NCBI GenBank assembly: GCA_029560465.1
Contig: JAKQKX010000063.1
Coordinates: forward strand, 3,796-67,795
DNA: 64,000 bases
Source of the DNA: Candidatus Omnitrophota bacterium
Lineage (GTDB): Bacteria; Omnitrophota; Gorgyraeia; Zapsychrales; JANLHA01
Reading direction: 5' to 3'
Shown here: positions 47,052 to 57,331 of the stretch, piece by piece
How positions within the stretch are numbered: position 1 is the stretch's first letter
Layout of the letters: the number at the start of each line of letters is the position of its first letter
Program-made: the position numbers and the translations under genes
Notes under the pieces: generated by a model
Told to the model about the DNA's origin: nothing
Seen by the model: the letters and a program-made list of their open reading frames with translations, nothing else
Database searches by the model: none

Positions 47052-47270
47052 TTACCACTTTAAGTTACCATAAAATCATGAGGCACGGAACCGAAAAATT
47101 GACCAGTTTGTGCCGGAGTTGTGTCAACAAAGGGCCGACAGGGTACGGGGCGCATCGGCCCTCCACGGTTGAAGATGATGATTTATCCCGCAAAGATACT
47201 TGGGCATATTTCCCGGCAATACTTGACAATACTTATATGACTAAATATGCTTTAGTGGGAGGTGAGAAAA

Positions 47271-47492
47271 ATGATGAAACCAATAAGTCTTAAAATAGAA
47301 GAAGATCAACTGAAATTGTTAGAGGCCGTTTCCGCTGAAACACATATCCCAAAGTCAACACTGATACGGGAAGGGCTTGATTTTGTCATCCGCCAGCATA
47401 GGGAAGATATTGTTTCCGCGGATCTGCAAAAAGAAATTCATGCCCTTATTGATGAGGATAAAGATTTGCTGAAGAAATTGGCAAAGGCATGA
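47271..47492 (+). CDS. Ribbon-helix-helix antitoxin (Phd/CopG-like) of a Doc TA module
   Basis: MMKPISLKIEEDQLKLLEAVSAE RHH beta-strand/helix pattern; RBS GGGAGGTGAG; ATGA overlap with doc. Confidence 0.7.
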   Translation: MMKPISLKIEEDQLKLLEAVSAETHIPKSTLIREGLDFVIRQHREDIVSADLQKEIHALIDEDKDLLKKLAKA

Positions 47493-47875
47493 AATATCTT
47501 TACCCGAAGCAAGTCATTTATCTGCATAAACAAATCATATCAGAAACCGGTGGAACGCAGGGCGTCAGAGATAGGGGGCTTTTAGAGTCCGCTGTTTATC
47601 GGCCGCAGGCTTCTTTTGGCGGGCGTGACCTTTATCCGGATCTTTATTCAAAAACCGCTGTGTTGTGTTATTTCATAATTCATAATTATCCTTTTGTCGA
47701 TGGGAATAAACGGGTGGGGTACGAAGGAATGCGCCTGATGTTAAGAGTCAATGGTTATGATATCAACGCCTCTCCAAAAGAGAAATTTGAATTTATTATG
47801 AGTATCGCAAAAGGAGAAATGAACGAACGGAATATTGCTTATTGGATAAGCACGCACAGTTCAACGATCGGTTAA
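47489..47875 (+). CDS. doc: Doc (death-on-curing) Fic-family toxin
   Basis: HNYPFVDGNKRVG Fic/Doc active-site motif (HxFx[D/N]GNKR). Confidence 0.85.
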   Translation: MKYLYPKQVIYLHKQIISETGGTQGVRDRGLLESAVYRPQASFGGRDLYPDLYSKTAVLCYFIIHNYPFVDGNKRVGYEGMRLMLRVNGYDINASPKEKFEFIMSIAKGEMNERNIAYWISTHSSTIG

Positions 47876-47985
47876 CGAGTGTTTTTTATGGTGGCGAGAG
47901 ACTGTTATGCTGCCCCTTAAGCCGGGTTGTGTGTCGGGATGGGAGATTAAAAAATAACTTGTCGTTGAGGAAAAATAAAATTAAG

Positions 47986-48069
47986 TGCTGGAGGAGGGAG
48001 TTGAACCCTCATGAGGTTGCCCTCACTGGTTTTTGAGACCAGCGCGTATGCCAATTCCGCCACTCCAGC
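47986..48069 (-). tRNA. tRNA-Leu (anticodon CAA)
   Basis: Manual fold: acceptor GCTGGAG/CTCCAGC, anticodon stem CTGGT/ACCAG with loop CTCAAAA, long variable arm TGAGG-GCAA-CCTCA, T-arm GAGGG-TTCAACT-CCCTC; no CCA encoded. Confidence 0.8.
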
Positions 48070-48087
48070 AGAGAATCGGAGAAATCC

Positions 48088-48438
48088 TTACGGCCAAATA
48101 TGGAAAATTTTCTTGATATCTTTTTGGCGCAGATAATAAATGACAAACCCGTGATAGAGGATGGATATCCCATTTTTTATCGGGGACGGCACCGTGGTTT
48201 CCATCGCGCCGTTAAGATGAATGATGCCCAGAAAAATTAGGAGTTTGCTTAAGAGCACCACGGAGGCGAAGTAAAGCAACGCCCGGTAAGCCAGTTTTTT
48301 GAACCGGAGAATCCCGACGCCAATGGAAAACGATGTTAACGCGGCCGTAATGACAAAGAACAGGACATTGTTTGGCTTGGCGTTGGAGCCCAGCAACACG
48401 GCCCACCCCGTCCCCAGGAGTGTCCCCCCGCCAATCAT
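48088..48438 (-). CDS. Small membrane protein between the two tRNA genes (hypothetical)
   Basis: ORF track 154-aa ORF trimmed to the internal Met so that it does not overlap tRNA-Ala; 3-4 TM helices. Confidence 0.35.
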   Translation of the reverse strand: MIGGGTLLGTGWAVLLGSNAKPNNVLFFVITAALTSFSIGVGILRFKKLAYRALLYFASVVLLSKLLIFLGIIHLNGAMETTVPSPIKNGISILYHGFVIYYLRQKDIKKIFHIWP

Positions 48439-48503
48439 GATTTCAATGATACCGATAAATAAAATAACCCGAAAGCTTTTCAATTTTCGGAATTCGCGCG
48501 AAA

Positions 48504-48579
<76 letters not shown>

Positions 48580-48681
48580 GTTAAATTTTTTGTCAATATA
48601 GCATTGGGTCGTGTTTTTGTCAATGAAGTGTTCTGGAACCTGCCGGAACGCCCGCGGGCCCGCCTTCCGCGCCCCGATTGA

Positions 48682-48713
48682 ATGTAAACTAAAAACAGGG
48701 ATTAAGTTGACAT
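48682..48713 (+). promoter_or_regulatory. Candidate BirA operator (bioO-like inverted repeat ATGTAAAC-N16-GTTGACAT) upstream of birA-bio operon
   Basis: Half-sites resemble the TGTAAACC / GGTTTACA BirA-box consensus with a 16-nt spacer, about 60 nt upstream of birA. Confidence 0.4.
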
Positions 48714-48771
48714 TTTAATAAAATAAGGATAATATTGGTGGTGTTATGAAAGGGCTTCTCTGCCGCAGAAT

Positions 48772-49734
48772 ATGATCCCGGAAGAAATTATCCAGTATTT
48801 AAAATCCAACGCCACGTTTGTGTCCGGCCAGAAATTAAGCCAGCATTTGAAAATAAGCCGGGCCGCGGTCTGGAAGTATGTCCACGAGTTAAGGGAGTCG
48901 GGGTACCGGATTGAAGCGGTCCCTCACCGGGGGTATCGCCTTAAATTCGTTCCGGATAAACTGCTCCCCTGGGAGATCCGCGCGGGGCTGGCGACACGGG
49001 TTCTGGGGCATGAGGTTTTTTGTTATGACACCCTGCCTTCCACCATGGATGAGGCGTTCCGGCTGGCCGAGGGGAATCAATGCCGGGAAGGCGCTTTGGT
49101 CTGCGCGGAATCACAAACGCGGGGCCGCGGCCGGATGGGGCGGACCTGGTTTTCTCCCAAAGGGAAAGGGATTTACGCCTCACTTGTTTTAAAGCCGTTT
49201 CTTGCTCCCTCGGAAGTGAGCTGGATCACGTTTGTGGCGGCGATCGCGGTCTGCGAAGGCATCCGGCAGACGACCGGGCTTGCCGCCGCCATCAAGTGGC
49301 CGAATGATGTCTTAATAAAGAGGAAGAAGGTGGCCGGGATCCTGACCGAGATGAACGCGGAGGTGGACCGGGTCCATTTTGTGGTGGTTGGTTTAGGGTT
49401 GAATGTCAATATCGATAAAGCCCATCTTCCGCCGCAGGCCACGTCTTTGAGAATGGAGTTGGGCGGGAAAGTGTCCCGGGTCCTGTTCCTGCAGGCGGTT
49501 TTAAAACAAATGGAACACTGGTATGGTTGCCTGCTGGAGCGCCGTTTCACGCCGGTCCTGGAGCGGTGGAAGGAGTTGTCCGTGACGCTCGGCCGCCGGA
49601 TCCGGATCTCGGAGCACCATAAGGCGATCGAAGGCAAGGCGGTGGACCTGTCGGATGACGGCGGGCTTATTGTCCTTAACAGCGACGGGGATTTGATCAA
49701 GAAGATGACTGGTGACGTGGAATTCCTCGATTGA
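48772..49734 (+). CDS. birA: Bifunctional biotin-[acetyl-CoA-carboxylase] ligase and bio operon repressor BirA
   Basis: N-terminal HTH (LSQHLKISRAAVWKYVHELRESGYRI), ligase motif GRGRMGRTWFSPKGKGIY, C-terminal SH3-like domain. Confidence 0.85.
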   Translation: MIPEEIIQYLKSNATFVSGQKLSQHLKISRAAVWKYVHELRESGYRIEAVPHRGYRLKFVPDKLLPWEIRAGLATRVLGHEVFCYDTLPSTMDEAFRLAEGNQCREGALVCAESQTRGRGRMGRTWFSPKGKGIYASLVLKPFLAPSEVSWITFVAAIAVCEGIRQTTGLAAAIKWPNDVLIKRKKVAGILTEMNAEVDRVHFVVVGLGLNVNIDKAHLPPQATSLRMELGGKVSRVLFLQAVLKQMEHWYGCLLERRFTPVLERWKELSVTLGRRIRISEHHKAIEGKAVDLSDDGGLIVLNSDGDLIKKMTGDVEFLD

Positions 49735-49771
49735 TTAGGGGAAAGGCCGGTCAGCATGAAAGGGGAACAGG

Positions 49772-50947
49772 GTGTTTAACGCGAGGCTCCAGGCGGAGCT
49801 GGATGAATTGGAAGAGAAAGGGCTGCGCCGGGTTCTGCGCGGACTGGATGGCGCTCAGGACCGTGTGGTCGGGATCGGCGGCAAGGCCTACATCAATTTT
49901 TGTTCCAATAATTATCTGGGGCTCGCCGCGGACGTCCGTTTGCGGGACGCGGCGGCGGCCTCGTTACAGCAGTCGGGCTTCGGGGCGGGCGCTTCCCGGC
50001 TGGTCTGCGGGACGTTGTCCGAACACCAGAAGCTCGAGGAGCGCCTGGCGGTTTTTAAAGGCGCGGAACGGTGTGTTTTATTTAACTGCGGGTACATGGC
50101 CAATGTTGGGATCATCGCGTCGCTGTTCGGTCGAGGTGATTTGATCCTTTCCGACCGGCTTAACCACGCGTCCATCATTGACGGGATTGTGTTAAGCCGG
50201 GCGGATTTCCGCCGGTACCCCCATTGCGACATGGCGGGCCTGGAGCGGTTGCTGCGGGAGGCCGGGGGAAAATACAGGACAATCGCCGTCATCACCGAAT
50301 CCGTTTTTAGCATGGATGGCGATCTGGCCCCTCTGGATCAGATCGTGCGGATGACCAAACAGCATGGGGCCGTGTTGATGGTGGACGAGGCGCACGCGGC
50401 CGGGGTTTTCGGGGCTGGCGGCCGGGGCGCGGTGGAACATTTCGGCTGCGGGAGTGATGTCGCCATCCAGATGGGCACGCTGTCCAAGGCGTTCGGCTCT
50501 TTCGGCGCCTATGTCTGCGGTTCCACGCGGCTGATAGAGTATGTCATGAACCGGGCGCGGAGTTTTATTTACACGACGGCGCTCCCCCCGTCGGTGGCGG
50601 CGGCGTCATTAAAAGCCCTGGAGATCATTGAGGCCGAACCGGGGCGGAGGGAAGCGTTATGGCGAAACGCCACGGAGATGCGCCGGAGGTTGAAAGAGGC
50701 CGGCTTTGATACGTTGCGTTCCGTGAGCCCGATTATCCCGGTTGTGGTCGGTGACGAAAAGCGGGCGACAACGTTTTCGGCGAAGCTTTTTGAGCAGGGG
50801 CTTCTCGTCACAGCGATCCGCCCGCCGACTGTTCCGGCGAACACGGCCCGGCTGCGGGTCACGGTGACGGCAAGTCACACGCCGGATGATCTGGAGTGTT
50901 TGTTGAGGCGGATGAAAACGGTCGGGGAGGAATTATGCCTTATTTAA
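49772..50947 (+). CDS. bioF: 8-amino-7-oxononanoate synthase
   Basis: PLP-dependent AONS family: FCSNNYLGLA, MDGD...HA, K in TLSKAFGSFG; GTG start. Confidence 0.85.
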   Translation: MFNARLQAELDELEEKGLRRVLRGLDGAQDRVVGIGGKAYINFCSNNYLGLAADVRLRDAAAASLQQSGFGAGASRLVCGTLSEHQKLEERLAVFKGAERCVLFNCGYMANVGIIASLFGRGDLILSDRLNHASIIDGIVLSRADFRRYPHCDMAGLERLLREAGGKYRTIAVITESVFSMDGDLAPLDQIVRMTKQHGAVLMVDEAHAAGVFGAGGRGAVEHFGCGSDVAIQMGTLSKAFGSFGAYVCGSTRLIEYVMNRARSFIYTTALPPSVAAASLKALEIIEAEPGRREALWRNATEMRRRLKEAGFDTLRSVSPIIPVVVGDEKRATTFSAKLFEQGLLVTAIRPPTVPANTARLRVTVTASHTPDDLECLLRRMKTVGEELCLI

Positions 50948-51780
50948 CATCAAGCCGCGGCATGCGCTGGCATTATGAAGAGGAGGGAACGGGCCCGGGG
51001 CTCCTTTTCCTGCACGGCTGGGGCGTTGACCGGAGGATATGGCGGCAGCAGTTCAAGTTTTTTTCCCGTGATTACTGCACCGTCGCGCTGGATCTCCCCG
51101 GGCACGGGCAGAGCGAATGGCGGCCGTCATCCCTGGCGGACATGGCGGAAGATATCCGCGAGCTTTTCCTCAGGAAAAATGGGGGATGGAGGATTGTGGC
51201 CAGCTCTCTCGGCGGGCTGGTGGCCTTTCAGCTGGCGGCCTGCGAACCGTCCAGGATCCGCGCTCTGGTTTTTGTGGGGTCACTGCCGAAATTCGTGCGG
51301 GATGAAGGGGCTCTTTACGGCCTAACGCCCGCTCGTATCATGAAGCTGCAGGAGCAGCTGCGGACCGATTACCCGGTGATCGTGCGGATTTTTTTCCGGT
51401 CCCTTTTCACGCGGTCGGAGCGGAACAGCCGCCGGTACAAATGGATTCAGACTTTTCGTCGGCAGGAGCAGTCCCCGGATCGCGACGCTTTGGCGGAATT
51501 TCTTGATATCCTGGTCACGGCAGATTTGCGGCCGGTCCTCTCCCGATGCGGGATTCCGGTTCACATGATCAACGGAACAGAGGATTATATTTGCCCCCGC
51601 CCTGTTTATGAACAGATGAAAAGGGATTATCCGGCCTTGACTGTGGACTGGCTGCCGGATTGCGGTCATTTTCCGTTCTTGACGAAACCGTATGAATTTA
51701 ACGGTAAGCTTAAAGAGTTCCTGGATCGCGTCGGGGGCGACCGGGAGGGGCGCGCGAAAGCGGCTGGGGGGGCCTTATGA
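50935..51780 (+). CDS. bioH: Alpha/beta-hydrolase, BioH-like pimeloyl-ACP methyl ester esterase
   Basis: LLFLHGWGVD...ASSLGG (GxSxG)...D...H triad context; start at the internal ATG after GGGAGGAATT; position between bioF and bioC. Confidence 0.7.
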   Translation: MPYLTSSRGMRWHYEEEGTGPGLLFLHGWGVDRRIWRQQFKFFSRDYCTVALDLPGHGQSEWRPSSLADMAEDIRELFLRKNGGWRIVASSLGGLVAFQLAACEPSRIRALVFVGSLPKFVRDEGALYGLTPARIMKLQEQLRTDYPVIVRIFFRSLFTRSERNSRRYKWIQTFRRQEQSPDRDALAEFLDILVTADLRPVLSRCGIPVHMINGTEDYICPRPVYEQMKRDYPALTVDWLPDCGHFPFLTKPYEFNGKLKEFLDRVGGDREGRAKAAGGAL

Positions 51781-52568
51781 TCCAGCGAAGGGTTCAGAAA
51801 GCTTTTTCCGGGTCAGCCGTGCGGTATGACCAGAACGCGCTTCTGCAGAGGGATGTCAGCCGTCAGTTGCTGGCGGCGGCTGCGGCCCTGCCGGACGACG
51901 GGGCTGTGCTCGACATCGGCATGGGGACCGGGCGGATGGCCGCTGAACTGAAGTGCCGGCGGCCCCGTGTCCATGTCGTGGGCGTAGATCTGGCTTTCGG
52001 CATGGTCGCTTTTGCCAGACGCCGACACCGGCAGGTTCAGGCGGTGCAGGCTGATGCGTTACGGCTCCCTTTCAAAAACAGCTGCTTCGACGCTGTTGTG
52101 TCGAATTTGGCATTTCAATGGATCGATGATTTGTCGCAGGCGTTTTATCAGATCAACCGGGTTTTGAAAATGGACGGGCCGTTTTTGTTAACGGTGTTTA
52201 CGCGTAAAACGTTATGGGAACTGTACCAGTCTTTAGGCGAAACCGCGCGGCGTCCCGCGGGCGGGCGGCTAATATCAGATTCCCGCCTTCCGGAGGAGAG
52301 AGAAGTTTTTAAGGCTCTCGAAGGAACGGGGTTCAGTATAGAGAATAAAAACAGACAGGAGAACCGTCAGCAATACGCGAGTCTGATGGCCCTTTTGCGG
52401 TGGCTGAAAGCGACCGGGGCCAACGCGATGAACAGCGATATTTTCGTCGGCCCGCAGTGGCTTCAGGATGCTGAACGGTATTACCACTATAATTTTCAAT
52501 GGCACGATGGCGTGCAGGCCACGTTTGAGATTATGCAGGTCGTGGCCAGAAAGAGGAAATCATTATGA
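51777..52568 (+). CDS. bioC: Malonyl-ACP O-methyltransferase
   Basis: VLDIGMGTGRMAAEL SAM motif I; BioC-like length; ATGA overlaps on both sides. Confidence 0.8.
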   Translation: MIQRRVQKAFSGSAVRYDQNALLQRDVSRQLLAAAAALPDDGAVLDIGMGTGRMAAELKCRRPRVHVVGVDLAFGMVAFARRRHRQVQAVQADALRLPFKNSCFDAVVSNLAFQWIDDLSQAFYQINRVLKMDGPFLLTVFTRKTLWELYQSLGETARRPAGGRLISDSRLPEEREVFKALEGTGFSIENKNRQENRQQYASLMALLRWLKATGANAMNSDIFVGPQWLQDAERYYHYNFQWHDGVQATFEIMQVVARKRKSL

Positions 52569-54820
52569 GAAGAGACAGACATTTACCCAAGAAATCAAAG
52601 CAAGAAGTTGAGGCTGATGCGATCAACCCCATGGATGTCCTGGATATGATGGCGGACGACGATATGCCTGAGGAACAGGCGTCCCGGCCGCAGCCTCGGA
52701 ACCCCCGGCGCAGGCACGCACCGCGTGGCCGGCGCCCGGTGGAAACACCGGCCGTGGAGGCGAAAGGGAGAGGAATTTTTATAACCGGCACGGACACGGG
52801 CGTCGGGAAGACGGTCGCGCTTTGCGTCCTGGGGACACTGTTGCAGAAGAAAGGGCTTAATATCGGGGTGATGAAGCCTGTGCAGTGCGGCGGGCAGGAT
52901 GCGGATATCCTTTCCCGGATGTTTGATCCCAAAGACGATATGCAGGATATTAATCCTTTTAAAGCCACGGCGGAGCTTCCTCCGCATGTGGCGTTTCATC
53001 AGGAGAAAATCCGTTTTCATCCGCAGACGGTTTTGGATAAGTATAATCGGATCCGGGAGAAGCACGACCTGACCCTGGTGGAAGGGGCTGGTGGGCTGAT
53101 GGTGCCGCTTTTTGACACGTATTTTATGGCGGACTTGATTAAAGATATGGATTTGGATGTCGTGTTGGTGGCGCGGCTGGGCCTGGGGACGATTAATCAC
53201 ACCTTGCTGACACTGCGGCAGGCTGAAGACGCGGGGCTAAATGTGATCGGTGTTATTTTCAATGAGCCCGCGCTTTCTCCCCGGGGGATGGCCGAGAGAA
53301 CCAATCCTTCGACGATACGCCGCATGAGCCGGGTCCCGGTGCTGGGGATCATCCCTCACCTGGGCCAGCCCGCCCCGGAACAATACCAGGCTGAAATCGT
53401 GAAGCGGTGTTCCCGCACCATGAATATCAAACCGTTGTTAAGAAAATCGCCGGAAGCCAGGCCGCTTCCCTGGGGGGCCTGGGATAAACAGGTCATCTGG
53501 CATCCGTTTACTCAGATGAAAGATTGGCTGAAGGAGGATCCGCTGGTGATCCATAAGGCGAAGGGATCGTATGTGGAGGATGTGTCCGGGCGGAAATATA
53601 TTGACGGTGTTTCCAGCCTGTGGGTGAATGTTCACGGGCACGGGCACCCGGTGTTGAACCGCGCCATTAAAGAGCAGGTCAACCGGCTGAGCCATTCGAC
53701 GTTCTTAGGATTATCCAATGTCCCCGCGATCGCGCTCGCCAAGAAGCTTGTGGAGATCGCGCCTTCGGGATTGCAGAAGGTGTTTTACTCGGATAGCGGT
53801 TCGACGGCCGTTGAGGTCGCGATTAAGATGGCGTATCAATACTGGCACAATAGGGGTAAAAACCGGAAGACCCTGATCGCGCATTTGGCCCACTCGTACC
53901 ATGGCGACACCTGCGGGAGCGTCAGCGTTGGAGGCATCGCGCTGTTCCATAAGGTGTATGAGAAATTGATTTTTAAAACTTTGGAAATCCCGTTTCCTGA
54001 TTTCTACCGTTCACCGGAGGGCAAGACATATCCGGGTTATACGGAAGAATGCCTGCAGGCCATGGCCGAGACCTTCAAACGCCGGCAGCATGAGCTCGCG
54101 GCCATTGTTGTTGAGCCGCTGGTGCAGGGCGCCGCTGGCATGATTGTCTGGCCGGAAGGGGTCTTGAAGAAAATACGGGAGTTGTGCCATAAATACAATA
54201 TATTTTTAATCGCGGATGAGGTCGCGACGGGTTTCGGCCGGACCGGCACCATGTTTGCCTGCGAGCAGGAAAAGGTCAGCCCGGATTTCCTCTGCATCGC
54301 GAAAGGCTTAACCGGCGGCACCCTCCCATTGGCGGCGACGTTGACGACCCAGCGCGTGTTTGACGGCTTTTGTTATGATTATGAATCCCAGAAAACGTTT
54401 TTTCACGGGCACACGTATACGGGGAATCCCGTGTGCTGCGCCGCGGCGCTGGCGAATTTGAGTATTTTTGAGAAAGAGCAGACGTTGCAGAAATTGCAGC
54501 CTAAAATTAAATACCTCACAAAAGCGCTTCAGCGGTTTTCCGCCCTTCCTCACGTCGGGGATATTCGGCAAAAAGGCTTCATGGTCGGGATAGAGCTTGT
54601 CGCGGATAAAACTTTGAAAACTCCGTATGCTTGGAAAGATAAGATCGGGGTCAGGGTGTGCTGGGAGGCCCGGGCGAAGGGCGTGATCCTGCGGCCGCTG
54701 GGGGACGTGATCGTCCTCATGCCGCCCTTGTCGGTGAGCCGAAGCGAGATGGACCAGCTTTTGGATGCGGCATACGAGGCGGTGAAAAACGTGACGGCGG
54801 AAAGCGCTGCCGCAGAATAA
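52565..54820 (+). CDS. bioDA: Fused dethiobiotin synthetase and adenosylmethionine-8-amino-7-oxononanoate aminotransferase (BioD-BioA), 751 aa
   Basis: BioD P-loop GIFITGTDTGVGKTV...KPVQCG in the N-terminal third; BioA aminotransferase class III (VIWHPFTQM..., PLP Lys region DEVATGFGRTG) in the C-terminal 450 aa; acidic/Pro-rich 65-aa N-terminal extension. Confidence 0.8.
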   Translation: MRRDRHLPKKSKQEVEADAINPMDVLDMMADDDMPEEQASRPQPRNPRRRHAPRGRRPVETPAVEAKGRGIFITGTDTGVGKTVALCVLGTLLQKKGLNIGVMKPVQCGGQDADILSRMFDPKDDMQDINPFKATAELPPHVAFHQEKIRFHPQTVLDKYNRIREKHDLTLVEGAGGLMVPLFDTYFMADLIKDMDLDVVLVARLGLGTINHTLLTLRQAEDAGLNVIGVIFNEPALSPRGMAERTNPSTIRRMSRVPVLGIIPHLGQPAPEQYQAEIVKRCSRTMNIKPLLRKSPEARPLPWGAWDKQVIWHPFTQMKDWLKEDPLVIHKAKGSYVEDVSGRKYIDGVSSLWVNVHGHGHPVLNRAIKEQVNRLSHSTFLGLSNVPAIALAKKLVEIAPSGLQKVFYSDSGSTAVEVAIKMAYQYWHNRGKNRKTLIAHLAHSYHGDTCGSVSVGGIALFHKVYEKLIFKTLEIPFPDFYRSPEGKTYPGYTEECLQAMAETFKRRQHELAAIVVEPLVQGAAGMIVWPEGVLKKIRELCHKYNIFLIADEVATGFGRTGTMFACEQEKVSPDFLCIAKGLTGGTLPLAATLTTQRVFDGFCYDYESQKTFFHGHTYTGNPVCCAAALANLSIFEKEQTLQKLQPKIKYLTKALQRFSALPHVGDIRQKGFMVGIELVADKTLKTPYAWKDKIGVRVCWEARAKGVILRPLGDVIVLMPPLSVSRSEMDQLLDAAYEAVKNVTAESAAAE

Positions 54821-54894
54821 TCCGGCGAGGGTCTCCGTCCGCCCGGGCGGACGGGAATAGCCGGCACAGCCGTTAGAGAGCGTGTGGGAGCGGG

Positions 54895-56019
54895 GTGACG
54901 ATGGGGAACGACAACAGGCGGAAAAAGGTCGCGGTCGCCATGAGCGGCGGAGTTGATTCTTCGGTGGCGGCGGCGCTTCTGAAAGAGCAGGGATACGAGG
55001 TTGAAGGCGTGACGATGTGTTTTAATATCCAGCACACCGCCGGCCGCCGGCCCTCTTGCTGCGGGGTGGAAGGCATTCAGGCCGCCCGGGCCGCCGCCCA
55101 ATGCCTTTCGATCCCTCATCATGTCCTGGATTTTGCCGGAGACATAGAAGAATTGGTCGTTCAAAATTTTATTCAGGAATATTGCCGCGGGCGCACGCCT
55201 AACCCGTGCGTGCGGTGTAATCAGTATTTAAAGTTCGGCACGCTGCGGGTTTTAGTTCAACAGCTGGGCATGGATTATTTGGCGACCGGACATTATGCCC
55301 GGATTGACCGCGATGATCAGACCGGACGTTTTAGACTTCGGAAAGGAACAGATGCCAAGAAAGACCAAACCTATTTCCTGTACGGGCTTCCCGAGGCTGC
55401 CTTGCCGTTCGTCCTTTTTCCTTTAGGTGATTTGACGAAGACGGATGTCCGGGCCCTGGCGCGCCGTATGGGCTTGCCGACGTCCGAGAGGCTGGAAAGC
55501 CAGGATATCTGTTTTATATCGTCGGGCGGATACAAGACGTTTATCCAGGGACGGCTGGGGGAGCAGGTGTTTGTCCCTGGCCTGTTTAAGAATCCGCAGG
55601 GGGAGGTCGTGGGCCGGCATCAGGGGATCGCCCGTTACACGATTGGCCAGAGAGACCAGCTCGGCATCGCGTTAGGGGTTCCGGTGTATGTTTACCGGAT
55701 CGACCCTGATGAGAACACCGTTTATGTCGGGCCGGAAGAGTATCTTTACGCAGAAGGCTTGCTGGCCGGAGAGATGAATTACCTGCAGCCGATGATCTCT
55801 CAACGAACAGTTGAGGTCCTGGCCCGGATTCGTTATAATGCTCCGGATGTAAAGGGGCGGTTGACTGTTTTGGGACCCGGGACGTGCCGGCTTGTTTTTG
55901 ATGAGCCGCAGAAGTCAGTCACGCCCGGCCAATCCGTGGTTTTGTATGAGGGAGACACTGTCCTGGGCGGCGGCGTGATTGAAACGCCGCTGTGTCCGGC
56001 GTGTCCCGGATCGTCATGA
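54895..56019 (+). CDS. mnmA: tRNA-specific 2-thiouridylase MnmA
   Basis: KKVAVAMSGGVDSSVAA PP-loop; conserved Cys pair; GTG start (alternative ATG at 54901). Confidence 0.85.
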   Translation: MTMGNDNRRKKVAVAMSGGVDSSVAAALLKEQGYEVEGVTMCFNIQHTAGRRPSCCGVEGIQAARAAAQCLSIPHHVLDFAGDIEELVVQNFIQEYCRGRTPNPCVRCNQYLKFGTLRVLVQQLGMDYLATGHYARIDRDDQTGRFRLRKGTDAKKDQTYFLYGLPEAALPFVLFPLGDLTKTDVRALARRMGLPTSERLESQDICFISSGGYKTFIQGRLGEQVFVPGLFKNPQGEVVGRHQGIARYTIGQRDQLGIALGVPVYVYRIDPDENTVYVGPEEYLYAEGLLAGEMNYLQPMISQRTVEVLARIRYNAPDVKGRLTVLGPGTCRLVFDEPQKSVTPGQSVVLYEGDTVLGGGVIETPLCPACPGSS

Positions 56020-56056
56020 GTCCGTTGGTCAACGTGTTTATCAGAAAGGATAAAAG

Positions 56057-57331
56057 ATGAAGATTAAATTTGATCAGAAAAATCTGGAGGGGTTCCTGTC
56101 TATTAAGGATTTTGAAGGCGTTCAGCCGGCCGTCGATAAGGCGCATCACGATTTGTTGAAGAAAACCGGGAAGGGAAGCGATTATACCGGGTGGCTGGAC
56201 TTGCCGGAAAAGACGACGGATTCCACTTTGGATGAAATTTTGGGCTTGGCCCGGACGGTCCGGGAGCATTCTGATTGTCTGATCGGGATCGGGATCGGCG
56301 GGTCTTATGTCGGCATCAGGGCCTCGCTGGAATTTCTAATTTCCGACCAGAAAATGCCGGTCTATTACGCCGGTCATAATCTGAGCGCCGGTTATTTATA
56401 TCATTTGATGGAACAACTGAAGGACAAGCGCATCACGGTCGTGGTGATCTCTAAATCCGGGACCACCACGGAGCCGGCGTTGGCGTTTCGTATCATTAAG
56501 AATTTTATGGAAGAAAAATATTCCCCGGCCGAGCTGAAAAAGCGCATCATCACGATCACGGACGCGGAGAAAGGCGCGCTGCGTTCAATTACAAAAAAGG
56601 AAGGCTACCAGTCGTTTTCGATCAACAATGACGTGGGCGGGCGTTTTTCGGTTTTAACGCCCGTGGGGCTTGTCCCTTTGGCTTTGGCGGGTATCGATAT
56701 CAAAAGTTTGATCCAGGGGGCCCGGCAGGCGGCGGTCGATTACGGGGTCATGGATATGGGAAAGAATCCGGCCTACCAATATGCCGCCGCGCGCTATCTT
56801 TTGTATCAGAGGGGGAAAGTCATCGAGGTGTTATCAACCTTTTACCAGCGGCTGTCCTTTGTCGAAGAGTGGTGGAAACAATTGTTCGGTGAGAGCGAGG
56901 GCAAGGATGGCAAAGGGATTTTTCCGACATCACTCAGCTTTACGACGGACCTGCATTCCATGGGGCAGCTGCTCCAGGAAGGGGAACGGAACATGTTTGA
57001 AACTTTTCTTATGGCGGAAAATTCCGGGCACGAGGTAATTATCCCGTCTGATGACGCGAACTTGGATAACTTTAATTGTGTGGCCGGCAAAGACCTGGAT
57101 TTTGTGAATAAGCAGGCGTACAAGGCAACCGCCATGGCGCATTATGAGGGGGGCGTCCCGAATATGACCATCACGATTCCCTGTTTTGACGCGGGGACTT
57201 TGGGAGAATTGTATTACTTCTTTGAGAAGGCGGTGGCCATTACAGGGTATTTGCTGGAAGTAAACCCGTTTAATCAGCCCGGAGTCGAGGCGTATAAAAA
57301 GAAAATGTTCGCGCTTTTAGGCAGGAAATAA
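56057..57331 (+). CDS. pgi: Glucose-6-phosphate isomerase (short bacterial/archaeal type)
   Basis: SIS domains; GIGGSYVG; ...GESEGKDGKGIFP... Confidence 0.85.
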   Translation: MKIKFDQKNLEGFLSIKDFEGVQPAVDKAHHDLLKKTGKGSDYTGWLDLPEKTTDSTLDEILGLARTVREHSDCLIGIGIGGSYVGIRASLEFLISDQKMPVYYAGHNLSAGYLYHLMEQLKDKRITVVVISKSGTTTEPALAFRIIKNFMEEKYSPAELKKRIITITDAEKGALRSITKKEGYQSFSINNDVGGRFSVLTPVGLVPLALAGIDIKSLIQGARQAAVDYGVMDMGKNPAYQYAAARYLLYQRGKVIEVLSTFYQRLSFVEEWWKQLFGESEGKDGKGIFPTSLSFTTDLHSMGQLLQEGERNMFETFLMAENSGHEVIIPSDDANLDNFNCVAGKDLDFVNKQAYKATAMAHYEGGVPNMTITIPCFDAGTLGELYYFFEKAVAITGYLLEVNPFNQPGVEAYKKKMFALLGRK

